This document shows, one piece after another, positions 62,696 through 64,000 of a stretch of 64,000 nucleotides of DNA (within the stretch, counting starts at the first letter, position 1; each line of letters starts with the position of its first letter). The DNA lies in contig JAXHNL010000002.1 in NCBI GenBank assembly GCA_034520565.1, forward strand, positions 1,376,001-1,440,000. The letters are read 5' to 3'. Source of the stretch: Halodesulfurarchaeum sp. (GTDB lineage: Archaea > Halobacteriota > Halobacteria > Halobacteriales > Halobacteriaceae). Under the pieces are notes generated by a model, which saw nothing but the letters and a program-made list of their open reading frames with translations, was not told where the DNA came from and searched no databases. Both the position numbers and the translations under genes were made by a program.

Positions 62696-64000
62696 CCGAG
62701 CGCAAGCAGTTCCGCGACCTCGCCGAGCCGGCCGAACTGCACGAAGCAATCGCCGAGCTTTCGCTCTCGGGTGGAACGGAAGCCGTCGATCTCCTCGAGG
62801 CGGACGGCCGCGTGGTCGCAGAACGGATCGAATCGACCATCGACGTTCCCGGCTTCGACCGCTCGACGATGGACGGGTACGCCGTGATAGCCCGAGACAC
62901 CTTCGACGCCTCGGAGGGGGATCCATACGAGGCTCGTCTCGGCGGGGTCGTCGAAGCCGGGCAAAAACCGGACGTCGAAGTCGAGCGTGACGCCGTCGTC
63001 AGCGTGGCAACTGGTGCGTCGCTTCCGCCGGGCGCAGACGCAGTGGTCCCGGTCGAGCGGACGAGCCGCCTCGAAGCGGACGATGAAACTCGGGTTTCTA
63101 TCCGGACGTCAGTAGCTCCTGGCGAGAACGTCATGCACGCAGGGGACGACGTGGCTGCCGGCGACCGGGCGGTCGGCCCGGGGACCGTCCTGACGACCCG
63201 CGATATCGGTCTTCTGGCCGCCCTGGGAATCGAATCCGTGCCCGTCTACGCCAATCCGACGGTGGGGATCGTCTCGACGGGGGACGAACTGGTCCGTCCG
63301 GGCGAGCCGCGCGACGACGAACGGGGGCAGATCTACGACCTCAATACGTTCGCACTCGCCGCGGCCGTGCGCGCGGCCGGAGGCGAGCCGGAGGTCGTGC
63401 CGCACATCGCGGACGACTACGATCGGATGTACGAAACCCTCGAATCTGTCGGGAAGCGGTGTGATCTCGTGCTCTCCTCGGGGTCGACGAGCGCGAGCGA
63501 CGCGGACGTCCTGTACCGAGTCGTCGAGGACCACGGTGAACTCGACCTGCACGGTGTGAGTGTCAAACCGGGGCGGCCGACCATCGTCGGCGAAATCGCC
63601 GACACGGCCTACATCGGGCTCCCGGGCAACCCTGTCTCCGCGCTCAGCGTGTTTCGAACCTTCGTCGCGCCTGCGATCCGAAAGGCAGCCGGTCGGCCCC
63701 CGGAGTCCGTCCCGACCCTCGACGGTCGGATGGCAGCCCCGAAACGTTACGCCGAGGGGCGGACCTACCTCCTCCCGGCGGCGGTCATCGAGGACGAGAC
63801 GGGCGAGGTCCTGGTTTATCCGGTCGATAAGGGAAGTGGCGCAATCACGAGTCTCACGGAGGCCGACGGCGTCATCGAGATGCGCCCGGAGACCGAACTT
63901 CTCGAGGTGGGACAACGGGTTACCGTCGACCTCTTTTCTGCAGACACGCGGCCACCAGCCGTCCTCGGTATCGGGGAATCGGATCCGCTCTTCGCGCGGC
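62692..64000 (+). CDS. moeA: Second MoeA-family protein, truncated by the window end
   Basis: MTERKQFRDL..., RSTMDGYAV, STGDEL, KPGRP and GLPGNP; ATGA coupling; no stop codon seen. Confidence 0.9.
   Translation, partial: MTERKQFRDLAEPAELHEAIAELSLSGGTEAVDLLEADGRVVAERIESTIDVPGFDRSTMDGYAVIARDTFDASEGDPYEARLGGVVEAGQKPDVEVERDAVVSVATGASLPPGADAVVPVERTSRLEADDETRVSIRTSVAPGENVMHAGDDVAAGDRAVGPGTVLTTRDIGLLAALGIESVPVYANPTVGIVSTGDELVRPGEPRDDERGQIYDLNTFALAAAVRAAGGEPEVVPHIADDYDRMYETLESVGKRCDLVLSSGSTSASDADVLYRVVEDHGELDLHGVSVKPGRPTIVGEIADTAYIGLPGNPVSALSVFRTFVAPAIRKAAGRPPESVPTLDGRMAAPKRYAEGRTYLLPAAVIEDETGEVLVYPVDKGSGAITSLTEADGVIEMRPETELLEVGQRVTVDLFSADTRPPAVLGIGESDPLFAR

Overview
Chromosomal window of a halophilic archaeon (class Halobacteria), judged from the acidic proteins, the PGF-CTERM S-layer protein, agl-type glycosylation genes, and GCH-III, aMBF1 and AK6. 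It has three parts. (1) 1-17.6 kb is a partly low-GC surface-glycan island: GT4/GT2 glycosyltransferases, a deacetylase, two sulfatase-fold proteins, an FkbM methyltransferase, an ABC exporter and a flippase relic, ending in the S-layer gene and an NDP-sugar epimerase. (2) 17.6-49.2 kb is a hypervariable zone. Conserved glycosylation genes (aglM, aglG, glmS, glmU-like, UDP-sulfoquinovose synthase) are interleaved with about 14 toxin-antitoxin-type modules, many with a damaged toxin and an intact antitoxin. It also carries two tnpB-only IS200/IS605-family elements, a family of modular hairpin repeats, a UbiA + 7TM-kinase pair and an ATPase-nuclease. (3) 49.2-64 kb is ordinary housekeeping sequence (glmU, aglJ, hisC, AK6, mbf1, tpiA, dinB, gch3, tsaA, two moeA). 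The most striking unexplained structure is a set of fossil copies at 19.1-22.8 kb: the 3' end of an S-layer gene with covarying hairpins, a hairpin-repeat left end, and the epimerase 3' end. They occur in the same order as the live copies and bracket TA cargo with no integrase, which suggests additive S-layer/glycan locus replacement. Several single-base indels in housekeeping genes point to assembly errors, so frameshift-based pseudogene calls are provisional. All counts and alignments were done by eye.
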